Assembly (NCBI RefSeq): GCF_035285525.1 | Contig: NZ_JAYKGW010000224.1 | Location: forward strand, 4,125-36,124 | DNA: 32,000 bases | Source of the DNA: Okeania sp. | GTDB lineage: Bacteria; Cyanobacteriota; Cyanobacteriia; Cyanobacteriales; Microcoleaceae | Direction of reading: 5' to 3' | Shown: positions 1 through 9,392 of the stretch, piece by piece | Position numbering within the stretch: the first letter of the stretch is position 1 | Layout: each line of letters starts with the position of its first letter | The notes under the pieces: generated by a model | Seen by the model: the letters and a program-made list of their open reading frames with translations, nothing else | What the model was told of the DNA's origin: nothing | The model's database searches: none | Translations under genes and position numbers: made by a program

Positions 1-1342
1 GGCTTTTGGTTCAACTTCTGGACAAGTATTATGGGAAGTACAAATTCCTCTGGCTTTACCTACCATACTTGCGGGAATAAATCAAGCGATTTTATTAGCT
101 TTATCAATGTCAGTTGTCACCTCAATGATCGGAGTAGAGGGATTAGGACAAATGGTATTACAAGGTTTAGGACGTTTGAATGTGGGATTAGCTGCGGTAG
201 GGGGGTTAGGTATTGTATTGATTGCGATAATGCTCGACCGTATTACTCAAGTTATTAGTCAAGGTAGTATTCAGTCTTGGCAAGAGCGAGGTTTAGTTGG
301 ATGGTGGCGGTCTCTTAAGTCTTCTAAACGTAATGGTACTTTTGGGGCAGTTTTCATGGTGACTTTGTTGGTTGTAACAGTTTGGCAATTAATATCTCAA
401 ACAAATATCAAGTTAATAGAAGATTCATTGCCAGGGAAAGGCATAGTTGTTAGTCCAGTTTCTACTGTGTCAACCTATGGTGTATTTGTTGCAGAAATTG
501 TGAATATTGGACTGGAAAAATTAGGTTATGAGATAGAAGAACCGAAACAACTGGGTATTCCAGCAATTCACATTGCTGTTAGTAATGGAGATTTAGATTT
601 TACTGCAGCTCATTGGGAAATTGCCCATGAAGAACTTTTTAACAGTAATGGTGGGGAAAAAAAATTAGAAAGGTTAGGAAATCTGATTTCTAATGCTATT
701 CAGGGGTATCAAATAGATAAAAAAACTGCGGAAAAATACAATATTACTAATTTATCACAACTTCAAGACCCAGAAATTGCTCGACTATTTGATTCTGATG
801 ATGATGGTAAAGCAAATTTAATTGGTTGTAATGCTGGTTGGATGTGTGAAAAAACTATTGCTCATCATTTACAAGCTTATGAACTTGAAGATACTGTGGA
901 GCAAATTAGAGGAAATTATTCTGCTTTATTAGTAGATGCTATAACTCGTTATCGAGAAGGAGAACCAGTTCTATTTTTTGCTTGGAAACCACATTGGTCT
1001 TCCTCTACTTTAAAAGAAGGGGAAGATATAGAATGGTTGAATGTTCCTTTTACTTCTTTGTTAGGAACTATGGAAAAGTTTACGGAAAAAGAGACTTCCT
1101 TTAATGGTAAAAATCTCGGTTTTCCTGTTGATAATATTAAGATATTAGCTAATAAGAAATTTTTGGAAACTAACCCAGTTGCTAAAAGTTTTTTAGAGCA
1201 GGTTGAGGTTCCCATAGAGGATGTGAATATTCAACAGGAAAAAGTTCAAAATGGAGAGAATAAACCTGAAGATATTCGTCGTCATGCTGAAGAATGGGTG
1301 AGTAATAATCAAGCATTATTTGATAGTTGGGTAAATAATTAA
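1..1342 (+). CDS. Osmoprotectant/betaine-type ABC transporter, fused permease (ProW/OpuAB-like) + substrate-binding (ProX/OpuAC-like) protein; 5' end lies outside the window
   Basis: The frame is open from nt 2 (AFGSTSGQVLWEVQIPLALPTILAGINQAILLALSMSVVTSM...), upstream of the listed ATG at 107. It contains the last permease helices, one anchor TM (FGAVFMVTLLVVTVWQLI) and a ~300 aa binding domain. It is colinear with and highly similar to the complete paralog at 3181-5178. Confidence 0.85.
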   Translation, partial: AFGSTSGQVLWEVQIPLALPTILAGINQAILLALSMSVVTSMIGVEGLGQMVLQGLGRLNVGLAAVGGLGIVLIAIMLDRITQVISQGSIQSWQERGLVGWWRSLKSSKRNGTFGAVFMVTLLVVTVWQLISQTNIKLIEDSLPGKGIVVSPVSTVSTYGVFVAEIVNIGLEKLGYEIEEPKQLGIPAIHIAVSNGDLDFTAAHWEIAHEELFNSNGGEKKLERLGNLISNAIQGYQIDKKTAEKYNITNLSQLQDPEIARLFDSDDDGKANLIGCNAGWMCEKTIAHHLQAYELEDTVEQIRGNYSALLVDAITRYREGEPVLFFAWKPHWSSSTLKEGEDIEWLNVPFTSLLGTMEKFTEKETSFNGKNLGFPVDNIKILANKKFLETNPVAKSFLEQVEVPIEDVNIQQEKVQNGENKPEDIRRHAEEWVSNNQALFDSWVNN

Positions 1343-1368
1343 TAATTAATAATTAATAATTAATAATT
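1334..1368. repeat. Tandem heptamer array AATAATT x5 overlapping the last codons and stop of the upstream gene
   Basis: Five perfect 7-nt units were counted directly. The gene ends ...gta aat aat taa inside the array. Confidence 0.9.
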
Positions 1369-1375
1369 AGATACT

Positions 1376-1620
1376 TAGGGCTTACTGAATAAATATAAAA
1401 GTGTTTGTCGGTAAAGATTTTAGCCTTTGCAGATACTAATAAAGTACCAGCTTTTGGGTGGTTCCAGTTCAAAAATCTAGGATTTTGAGCATTTCGAGGG
1501 GTAGAAAATCAAGAGAAAATTATTCTGGCTACTTCTTCTATGATTCCCATTCAAATACGGATTCTGGCTTCTGGCTTCTGACTTCTCCACACTACTAAAA
1601 GACTTTTTCAGCAAACCCTA
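1376..1620. mobile_element. MITE-like element, family 1 (termini TAGGGCTTaCTGA ... TCAGCAAACCCTA)
   Basis: Imperfect terminal inverted repeats. TACTTAG is present on both sides (1372-1378 and 1619-1625). The interior is colinear with the copy at 21290-21535 and partly with 6489-6686. Confidence 0.75.
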
Positions 1621-1696
1621 CTTAGATATAGAATTAGAGATAAAAAACTCTTTCATTATCAATTATCTATAAAACTCTTTCAAATTGGTATAACTC

Positions 1697-1797
1697 AATA
1701 CGGTTCAGATAAGATTGAAACTGCTATCGTATGAAACCATTAAAGTAGCTCTTCAAATTACCGAAATGCAAAATAAAATTCTTAACTGAACCGTATT
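1697..1797. repeat. 12-bp perfect inverted repeat pair (AATACGGTTCAG / CTGAACCGTATT) enclosing ~77 bp; small MITE-like unit or long-loop hairpin just 3' of the EgtD-like gene
   Basis: The arms at 1697-1708 and 1786-1797 are exact reverse complements. Confidence 0.5.
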
Positions 1798-1802
1798 ATT
1801 TT

Positions 1803-2768
1803 CTAACTAACCCCTAAAACATGAATAACCATACGTTGATTTTCATCAACAAAGTAATCTATGGGTTTTAATCCTCCTTTTATAGCCTGATTTTGAAAAT
1901 AATCTACCGGATATTTATAAGAACTTAAGAGATGAAATTTTGTGCCTTTCTTAATATTTATCGGAATACCATCTAGAACAAAATTTTGATCTTCAGTTGC
2001 TCTGATATTATGTTCTACACAATGAGTCTCAGCTACCCAATTAAATTCATAATTAAATGCAGTTGGATCGAAGCCAGAAACTGGTAAGTCGCGATTGATG
2101 AAATATAAAATACTGAGTGCCACTTTTGCCATTCTTCCATCATTATAAGCTTTTCTTAATGACGACTCATTTTGATTAGCATCCACACCAACAATGAGAA
2201 TACCATCTGGTTGTAATGCTTGTGAAATTCTTCCGAAAAATTTCAGACAATTACTTATAGAAAGATTAGTAACTGTACTACCTTTAAAAAAGACTACGGG
2301 TTTAGGAAAGTTTTGCACCAGTTCGACATTTTTAATAAAGTCATCTTGCATTATTTGAACTGGTATTTCTGGTAATTCTCGTCCTAAAATTTCTTGAGTT
2401 TGGTGCAGATAAGTTTCACAAACATCTACAGGAATATAACTTTGAAATTTTTCAACTGCTTTGAGAAAGGGCAAAGTTTTATTCTGGAAAGCTATATCTG
2501 TACCAGGGCCAAATTCTATAATATTTGCTTCTGGTGGAACATAAGCAGCTATTTTTTTAGCTACATTATTAATTAATTGGATTTCTTCTTTGTAAAGGTA
2601 GTAACCTAAATTTTGAGATATTAGTTCCATATAACATACTTCCCCATTGGCAGGATCATTCTCAATATTTGGGTCAGGAGTGCTATACAAATAAGCAGCC
2701 ATATTTTCTTCCTGATCTCCTAGAAATAGAGCTTTTGTATCGGAAAGAAATAACTCATTAAAGTCCAT
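1803..2768 (-). CDS. EgtD-family (Methyltransf_33) SAM-dependent amino-acid N-methyltransferase, divergent
   Basis: 321 aa, the same size class as EgtD. The blocks YYLYKEE, IEFGPGT, YIPVDV, FFKGSTVTNL, LQPDGILIVGVD, LRKAYND, FINRDL and FNYEFNW line up with the EgtD blocks EYYPTRTE, ELGSGT, FDV, LGSTIGNL, LLGTD, AYDD, NREL and FEHVAKW, recalled from memory. Confidence 0.8.
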   Translation of the reverse strand: MDFNELFLSDTKALFLGDQEENMAAYLYSTPDPNIENDPANGEVCYMELISQNLGYYLYKEEIQLINNVAKKIAAYVPPEANIIEFGPGTDIAFQNKTLPFLKAVEKFQSYIPVDVCETYLHQTQEILGRELPEIPVQIMQDDFIKNVELVQNFPKPVVFFKGSTVTNLSISNCLKFFGRISQALQPDGILIVGVDANQNESSLRKAYNDGRMAKVALSILYFINRDLPVSGFDPTAFNYEFNWVAETHCVEHNIRATEDQNFVLDGIPINIKKGTKFHLLSSYKYPVDYFQNQAIKGGLKPIDYFVDENQRMVIHVLGVS

Positions 2769-2909
2769 GATATTTTTTTCTCTTGACGTACACTAAGAAT
2801 ATATTATAGCTGATTTCGGGTACTGGTATTTAAGTAAGCTTTTTGAATCATTCTTTCTCAAAAATTTTTATTCATTTTAAGTATAATAATCCTAAATTAA
2901 CTGTGATAA

Positions 2910-2979
2910 TTTTTATAGTAGTTAATTTGAGCTGAAAATATTGAAAATTTTGATTTATAACTCCTAATTACTATAAAAA
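2910..2979. promoter_or_regulatory. AT-rich inverted repeat in the divergent promoter region between the EgtD-like gene and the transporter paralog; candidate operator
   Basis: TTTTTATAGTAGTTAATT (2910-2927) pairs with AATTACTATAAAAA (2966-2979), imperfectly. AT-rich DNA gives such matches easily. Confidence 0.2.
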
Positions 2980-3180
2980 TTCTGATGAAATTAATAGCAA
3001 ATACTTATAGTTGTTAGAAGATATTTTTACCCTAAAACACAAGAGATAGTTTTCCAGATCGTTTATTTAAAATAATAGAAAGTTATAAGGTATAATGCAA
3101 GCAGTTGATACACTTAAAAATTTACAGCAAACAAATAAAAAATTCGATTAAACCAACATTATAGGAGATAATCAACACAA

Positions 3181-5178
3181 TTGATTATGAACAATTTATC
3201 TAACTATTTTATCGCTCAAACTAAAGGAGAATTAAGCAATTTATTAAATCCATTTCAATCAGGTACTTTACCTCTAGATGAATGGGTTAATAATTCTGTG
3301 AATTTTCTAGTTGATAACTTTCGTCCTCTATTTCAAGCTATCAGTTTACCAATTAGCAAAACTCTAGAAATAGTAGAATCAACTTTTTTAGCAATTCCAC
3401 CTTCAATTTTTTTAATAATAATTGCCATTCTAGTTTGGCAACTAGCTGGTAGAAAAATAGCTATTTATGCTTTGATATCTCTTAGTATTATCGGTTTTTG
3501 TGGTGCTTGGGAAGCAGCAATGATTTCCCTATCCTTAATACTAACATCCGTAATATTCTGTATGTTAGTCGGTATCCCTTTAGGTATTGCCTGCGCCGTC
3601 AGCGATCGCTTCAATAATATATTGCGTCCTCTTCTCGACGCGATGCAAACTCTTCCCACCTTCGTTTACTTAGTACCTGTAGTAATGCTATTTGGAATAG
3701 GGGAAGTTTCTGGTATAATAGCAACCTTTGTATTTGCCGTTCCACCTTTAATTCGTCTGACCAATCTTGGTATTAGACAAGTATCCCCAGAAGCAGTAGA
3801 AGCTGCCCATGCTTTTGGTTCAACTCCTGGACAAGTATTATTAGAAGTGCAAGTTCCTTTAGCATTACCTACCATACTTGCTGGAGTAAATCAAGCCATT
3901 TTATTAGCTTTATCAATGTCAGTAGTCACCTCAATGATTGGAGTAGAGGGATTAGGACAAATGGTATTACAAGGTTTAGGGCGTTTGAATGTGGGATTAG
4001 CTGCCGTAGGAGGATTAGGTATTGTATTGATTGCAGTAATGCTTGACCGCATTACTCAAAGTATAAATAAAGGCAATGTTCAGTCTTGGCAAAACCGTGG
4101 TTTAATTGGATGGTGGCGCTCTCGTAACTTGTCGAAACGCGCTCAAGTAACTGTAGGAATAAGTTGTGTAGTTGCTTTGCTAGTTGGGGTAACAAGTTGG
4201 CAATTAATATCTCAGACAAATACCAGATTAACTGAAACTTCATTACCAGGAAAAGGAATAGTAGTACGTCCAACTTATGGTTTAGAAAGCTATGGTGAAT
4301 TTGTCACAGACATTGTGAGTATTGGACTAGAAAAATTAGGATATGAAGTGAAAGGTCAAAAGCAACTAAATGTTCCAGCAATGCATATTGCTGTTAGTAA
4401 TGGAGATTTAGATTTTGCGGGAACTCATTGGGAAGTTGCTCACCAAGAATTTTTTGACAGTAATGGTGGAGAAGAAAAATTAGAACGTTTAGGAACTCTT
4501 ATTTCTCATTCTACTTTGGGATATGAAATAGATAAAAAAACTGCCGAAGAATACAATATTACTAATTTATCTCAACTTCAAGATCCAAAAATTGCTCAAC
4601 TTTTTGATTCTGATAATGATGGTAAAGCAAACTTAATTGGTTGTACTGCTGGTTGGATGTGCGAAAGAGTTATTAATCATCATTTACAAGTTTACGGACT
4701 TGAGGATACTGTTGAGCAAGTTGAAGGTGATTATTCTGCCTTGTTAGCAGATACTTTAGGTCGTTATCGTGAAGGTAAACCTATTCTATATTTTGCTTGG
4801 CAACCCCATTGGTTTAATTTTGTTTTAAAAGAAGGGGAAGATGTAGAATTTTTGAGTGTTCCTTTTACATCGTTATTAGGAAATATGGGCAATTTGACAG
4901 CAAAAGATACTTCATTAAATGGTAAAAATTTGGGTTTTCCTATTGATAATGTTAGGATATTAGCTAATAAGAAATTTTTGCAGGACAACCCAGTTGCGGA
5001 ACGTTTATTTGAACAAATTGAAATTCCTATAAAAGACATTAATATTGAACAAGAAAAAGTTAAAAATGGGGAGAATAAACCTGTAGATATTCGCCATCAT
5101 GCTAAAGAATGGATTGCTAGTCATCAACAATTATTTGATAATTGGTTAGAGATAGCATCATTAGTTAATAATGGATAA
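3181..5178 (+). CDS. Osmoprotectant/betaine-type ABC transporter, fused permease + substrate-binding protein (complete copy)
   Basis: 665 aa. The N-terminal half has multiple TM helices and an ABC permease EAA-like region (AHAFGSTPGQVLLEVQVPLALPTI). The C-terminal half is a ProX/OpuAC-like binding domain. The track start is TTG at 3181 and ATG at 3187 is an alternative. AGGAGA lies at ~3163. Confidence 0.9.
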   Translation: MIMNNLSNYFIAQTKGELSNLLNPFQSGTLPLDEWVNNSVNFLVDNFRPLFQAISLPISKTLEIVESTFLAIPPSIFLIIIAILVWQLAGRKIAIYALISLSIIGFCGAWEAAMISLSLILTSVIFCMLVGIPLGIACAVSDRFNNILRPLLDAMQTLPTFVYLVPVVMLFGIGEVSGIIATFVFAVPPLIRLTNLGIRQVSPEAVEAAHAFGSTPGQVLLEVQVPLALPTILAGVNQAILLALSMSVVTSMIGVEGLGQMVLQGLGRLNVGLAAVGGLGIVLIAVMLDRITQSINKGNVQSWQNRGLIGWWRSRNLSKRAQVTVGISCVVALLVGVTSWQLISQTNTRLTETSLPGKGIVVRPTYGLESYGEFVTDIVSIGLEKLGYEVKGQKQLNVPAMHIAVSNGDLDFAGTHWEVAHQEFFDSNGGEEKLERLGTLISHSTLGYEIDKKTAEEYNITNLSQLQDPKIAQLFDSDNDGKANLIGCTAGWMCERVINHHLQVYGLEDTVEQVEGDYSALLADTLGRYREGKPILYFAWQPHWFNFVLKEGEDVEFLSVPFTSLLGNMGNLTAKDTSLNGKNLGFPIDNVRILANKKFLQDNPVAERLFEQIEIPIKDINIEQEKVKNGENKPVDIRHHAKEWIASHQQLFDNWLEIASLVNNG

Positions 5179-5431
5179 TTAATAATTAATAATTAATAAT
5201 GAATAATAGAAATACGGAGCGCGGTAAATCTCAGAAACCCGGTTTCTAGGTTTTGAGTAGTAAGTATTGAATGGTTAACTATTAGACATCTTCAGAAACT
5301 AAAATTTGCACAAGGAACTATTGTGGTTTAAAATTAACTTTTTGAAATGTCTATCTTTTTCCCTTTTGTTTAATTTACCCCTTCTTATTTCCTCCTTCTT
5401 ATTTCCTCCTTCTGACTTCTTACTTCTTTCT

Positions 5432-6400
5432 TTAAATCTGAATTACACCTGCATCAAAAACACGATTCCAAATATTAATACCCCTAACAATTAAACGGTC
5501 TTCATAAACATCAAATGCAGCAAAACTAAAATTCTCCGTAGAATATTCAGTCCACTCAGATCTACCTACAGGACGTTGTTTTGCTCCAGCACCAGAGATT
5601 AAATAAGTAGTACCATTAATTGGGCGAGTTCTTTCATAATTATGTTCATGTCCGTTAATATAAAGTTGCACCTTATGTTTCTTAAATAAGGGAGTTAATG
5701 TACTAATAAGTTTTTGACTTGAGCCATACTTTCCAGAAGAATAAATTGGATGATGAGCAAATACTATTTTCCAGGGTGCTTTACTATTACTCAATTCTTT
5801 TTCTAGCCAATTTAATTGCACTTCCCAATCTTCTTTTTTAGCATTAGTATCTAAGGCAAAAAATTGAATTGGTTGATACTCAAAAGTATAGTATCTTCCT
5901 GCCATATTAAAATTTGGATATTTTACTTGCGGCTCTCCATTATCAGTCCGAACATCATGGTTGCCTAAACAAGCATAAAATTTCACTTTATTTTCTAGTA
6001 AATACTCGTATGGCTTCTCAAAAACATCATTAATTTTTTCAATTTCTCCATTTGGATAGATATTATCACCAGCAAGAACTACAAAACCAAAAGGAAATTT
6101 TGAATGATAGTGTTTCATAGCTCTAGCTACAGAATATTGAGGCATCTTTCCTGTACCAGTATCGGCAACAGAAACAAACCGAAAAATAGGAGCGGTTTTG
6201 GGATAGGAAATATCGCTTTTTACAGTTTGAGTAGAAAGAAGATTGTTTAGTTCTTTTTTATGAAATAAAAATTCTTTTAATTCTCCTAATTGTTTTCTAA
6301 AAAAACGCAGTTTCCGTATATTAAATGAAAATACTATACCTGCAAAAGTAATGCCACCCAGACCAGCTAATAATAATAATCGACGACGTTTCATATTCAT
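5432..6400 (-). CDS. Calcineurin-like metallophosphoesterase (acid-phosphatase-like) with N-terminal signal/anchor
   Basis: Metallophosphoesterase motifs are present: DTG (VADTGTG), GDNIY, GNHD, HHP and GHEHNYER. The N-terminus MNMKRRRLLLLAGLGG resembles a Tat/Sec signal. Confidence 0.85.
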   Translation of the reverse strand: MNMKRRRLLLLAGLGGITFAGIVFSFNIRKLRFFRKQLGELKEFLFHKKELNNLLSTQTVKSDISYPKTAPIFRFVSVADTGTGKMPQYSVARAMKHYHSKFPFGFVVLAGDNIYPNGEIEKINDVFEKPYEYLLENKVKFYACLGNHDVRTDNGEPQVKYPNFNMAGRYYTFEYQPIQFFALDTNAKKEDWEVQLNWLEKELSNSKAPWKIVFAHHPIYSSGKYGSSQKLISTLTPLFKKHKVQLYINGHEHNYERTRPINGTTYLISGAGAKQRPVGRSEWTEYSTENFSFAAFDVYEDRLIVRGINIWNRVFDAGVIQI

Positions 6401-6488
6401 AAGGCAATTTCCTAACTTATGAGATACTTAGTGTTAATAATTTTAGGTTCTATAAAAAATAAGTCATTTCAATTATAACAATTATAAA

Positions 6489-6686
6489 TAGGGATTACTG
6501 ATTAAATATAAAAGTCTTTACAGATAAAGTTTATAGCCTTTTTAAATCCCAAAAAAGTGCAACTTTTCCAGCTAAAATAGCCAAAAAGTTAATATTTTAG
6601 GCAGACCAAAGGTAGAAAAATCAAGGAAAAATTATTCTTTCTAACGTCTTTGTCTTCCCACACTTAGCTTTTTTCAGCAAACCCTA
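6489..6686. mobile_element. MITE-like element, family 1 (shorter copy)
   Basis: Termini are TAGGGATTACTGA ... TCAGCAAACCCTA. The interior is similar to 1376-1620. A further half copy in inverted orientation ends near 6822. Confidence 0.65.
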
Positions 6687-6917
6687 ATTACCCCAAAATT
6701 CTTACTTTTTCCCCTCCATCAACTGAAAAAATCGTACTTTTAGGGTTCCCGATAAATCAGTACCTAAAATTATTCAAACCTTTATCTATTAAATGCTTCT
6801 ATATTTAATCAGCAAACCCTGAATAGGTTGTCACAAATCAAAAACTAGAAATAAACTCCGAAAATCTTACCCCTTCCTATTGCCTATTCCCGAAAAGCAG
6901 CAAGCTTCTTATACACA

Positions 6918-7010
6918 CAGGACTTACACAGATACCACATATATAACGTTTAAAACTCCATGCCCATGGAGTTTTTTAACTCTATACATAGCACCTTTGC
7001 ATTAGTCCTG
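6918..7010. mobile_element. MITE-like element, family 2 (termini CAGGACTTAC(A/G)CA ... TGC(A/G)TTAGTCCTG)
   Basis: Terminal inverted repeats plus an internal palindrome AAAACTCCATG-CC-CATGGAGTTTT. Related copies lie at 15145-15264, 17737-17852 and 17859-17961. Confidence 0.65.
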
Positions 7011-7122
7011 ACACAAATAAAATATGATTGCTATATCAGTTATCAATAAACCAATTCAAACAACCAAATAAAATATCGAGCTATAGAACCATACCTTCCC
7101 TTTTCTTTCTTCCTTGCTTCCC

Positions 7123-7707
7123 TCAAACTCTAGCAAGATTATTTTGAACCATTTCCTCTAATTGTTTACGAGTCAGACAACGACGTTCAGAACAATAAGC
7201 CATTAAATTAACACCATTCATCATTCTTACCGTACTAACTCTAACCCGAAAATCATCAGTCAAAAACCAACAACGTTCTTGTCCTTGATTTCTTTCATAT
7301 TCTGTATCAATAGTCAAGACTCCATCAGCAGCAAAATGATACCTACCCACCACCGGAATACCCTCAACATAACCACGGTTACGCAAAAATTTTCCACTTC
7401 TACCAATTTCAGAACTTGGAATATCAACTAAAATAGCAGCATAATTTGGATTAGGTTCATCATCATTATCTAAATTATCTTGCCAATTAAAACTTGCACC
7501 ACCCCTTGCTAAAGCTGGATTTACTTTTTGCTCTTCACAAACGGCGATAACTTTAGGGTCATCTTTTGCTAAAACTTTGACAATTAAATTAGATTCTCCC
7601 GACTCATCAGGAGCAGAATCAAAATGATGAACAGTACGTTGAGAAAACCATGTTCCCTCACTTTTAATAAAAAAATCCATCATTGTCATTGGTGGTGTTA
7701 ATTTCAT
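7123..7707 (-). CDS. cpcS: Phycobiliprotein chromophore lyase, CpcS/CpeS family
   Basis: The N-terminal signature FFIKSEGTWFSQRTVHHFD and a size of ~190 aa are typical of S-type bilin lyases. GAGG lies 8 nt upstream of the ATG at 7707. Confidence 0.8.
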   Translation of the reverse strand: MKLTPPMTMMDFFIKSEGTWFSQRTVHHFDSAPDESGESNLIVKVLAKDDPKVIAVCEEQKVNPALARGGASFNWQDNLDNDDEPNPNYAAILVDIPSSEIGRSGKFLRNRGYVEGIPVVGRYHFAADGVLTIDTEYERNQGQERCWFLTDDFRVRVSTVRMMNGVNLMAYCSERRCLTRKQLEEMVQNNLARV

Positions 7708-8138
7708 TTTTTTTACCTCTAAAATTTTGTTAATTAACTAGCTCTTAGCTTTTAGCATTTAGCTATCAACTCTTAGTAGCTCTAAATTAAAATTATTTAC
7801 TTCTAAAAGTAAAATTTTCTTCTCAAAAATAATCTAGTTCCTCAATCAGTGCTTTTTTAGGAATATGCCCCAGATTTTTAGTTAAGAAAAATCAACAAAA
7901 ATATAGTTGATAATCATAACATTATAAGATAAATCAAATGGAGACTTTATAAATAGATAATTAACAAATCTATATATAGAATCCTAAATAGATTGTGAAA
8001 TTTTCTCCTAGAAGTTTGGTTTCCTAACCTAATTTTTCCTTGGGTTTGGAAATAAAACGGCTACATTTTTTGTCATAAATCATTTACGATTGCTATATAC
8101 ACAATTCCATTGTAAATACTAAATTATCTCTAGCTAAA

Positions 8139-8972
8139 ATGCAGTTTCAATCAGCAACAGAAATTATTCAAGCTTATCAGCAAAACCCAAATCTTATTGG
8201 TAGTAATTTACAAGGTATAGACATTAGTGAAATTGAACTATATCAAATTAATCTCAGTCAAAGCAATTTACAACAAGCTAACTTAAATAATACTATTCTC
8301 ATCGGAGCTAACTTCAGTCAAACTAACTTGAGTGGAGCAAATCTCAAAGGTGCCGATTTACGGAGAGCAAATCTTCAGGGTGCAAACTTGACTGGAGCAG
8401 ATTTAACTAATACTTATTTGAATCGAGCTGAACTGCAAAATTCTAATTTTACTAATGCTAATTTAGAAGGTGCAAAACTTCAAGTAGCATATTACGATAG
8501 TGCTACTATTTGGCCAGAAGGATTTGCTTATAAATCGTCAGGAGCAGTTGGACCTGGGGCTAATTTAACTGGAGCTTTCTTAAATACAGCTTACCTCAGA
8601 GGTGCTGACTTACGCGGTGCAAATTTGCGGGGTTCTTATTTGAGTGGTGCAGATTTGCGTGGTGCTAATTTAGAAGGTGCAGCTTTGAGTGGAGCAAATA
8701 TGAAAGGAGCTTTTTTGATAGGTGCAAATTTGCGTCATGCTCGACTCAATGCTGTAGAGTTGGATGGAGCAGATTTACGAGCTGCTGATTTAACCGGGGC
8801 AAGTTTGGATAATATTCTTAGTATTGCTGGAGTTGATTTTACTTTAGTCCAAGGATTGAGTGATGATACCAGAGCTATGTTATCTGGATATTCAGGCAAA
8901 GATTTGGGGACTTGGAATTCTTTTAGTCGGACTAATACTCAGAATAGTTTATTATCTCACATAACGGCTTAA
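8139..8972 (+). CDS. Pentapeptide-repeat protein
   Basis: Long runs of A(D/N)LxG pentads (ANLKGADLRRANLQGANLTGADL...; GADLRGANLRGSYLSGADLRGANLEGA...). Confidence 0.9.
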   Translation: MQFQSATEIIQAYQQNPNLIGSNLQGIDISEIELYQINLSQSNLQQANLNNTILIGANFSQTNLSGANLKGADLRRANLQGANLTGADLTNTYLNRAELQNSNFTNANLEGAKLQVAYYDSATIWPEGFAYKSSGAVGPGANLTGAFLNTAYLRGADLRGANLRGSYLSGADLRGANLEGAALSGANMKGAFLIGANLRHARLNAVELDGADLRAADLTGASLDNILSIAGVDFTLVQGLSDDTRAMLSGYSGKDLGTWNSFSRTNTQNSLLSHITA

Positions 8973-9146
8973 CTTCCTGATCTGACATCGCCAGGGAATA
9001 AATTCCTTGGCTCAAAGTTAAAGTCATCTCAAGATGACGACTAATGTTATTATCTTCATTTTTTGCCGCTCAAGCGATCGCTACTCGAACCCAGAAATCT
9101 CGTTTCTTAAAGAAATCAGGTTTCTGAGCATAAGTCCAAGTCCTGA

Positions 9147-9272
9147 TTCATTCTCTAAAGCTCCTGAAAAAATCGCGCCTCAAAGAATATATAGGGTTGC
9201 ATCCTCACCAAAATTCTGATACAATATATTTAACTGGGGTTTCTCGCCTATACTCATGATTTTTTATTCAAC
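9147..9272. repeat. 126-bp direct repeat, copy 1 (period 246 bp)
   Basis: Near-identical to 9393-9518, with a few substitutions and one small indel. Confidence 0.9.
9197..9225 (+). promoter_or_regulatory. Sigma70-like promoter hexamers inside repeat copy 1 (TTGCAT-17 nt-TACAAT)
   Basis: TTGCAT at 9197-9202, a 17-nt spacer, and TACAAT at 9220-9225. This is sequence-only evidence. Confidence 0.35.
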
Positions 9273-9311
9273 CCAAAGAATGTATTATGGTGGGTTGCAA
9301 GAGCAATAACT

Positions 9312-9345
9312 GTAGATTGGGTTGAGAAACCAAAACCCAATCTAC
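9312..9345. repeat. Perfect 12-bp stem hairpin GTAGATTGGGTT-N10-AACCCAATCTAC (family 3 hairpin element)
   Basis: The arms are exact complements. The architecture matches 24934-24962, 25189-25219 and 26893-26943. Confidence 0.8.
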
Positions 9346-9392
9346 TATAACTAAAAATCCCAAAACTATAACCTTATAGTTTCATTTTTATT

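Noticed and set aside
31-258. 75-aa plus-strand ORF at the window start
   Set aside because: It is in an alternative frame of the transporter gene. The real frame is open from nt 2 and matches the paralog at 3811 onward.
949-1215. Antisense ORFs inside the two transporter genes (949-1215 and 4764-5039, also 3465-3659, 3666-3875, 4052-4273)
   Set aside because: These are shadow ORFs on the opposite strand of strongly supported genes. The two at equivalent positions simply reflect the paralogy of the sense genes.
5306-5494. 62-aa ORF overlapping the 3' end of the metallophosphoesterase gene
   Set aside because: Low-complexity translation of a CTTCTTATTTCCTC repeat region. It overlaps a well-supported convergent gene.
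9034-9219. 61-aa ORF downstream of the pentapeptide-repeat gene
   Set aside because: It runs through palindromic AGAAAT..TTTCT repeat sequence and into the 126-bp direct repeat. It has no RBS and its composition is not protein-like.
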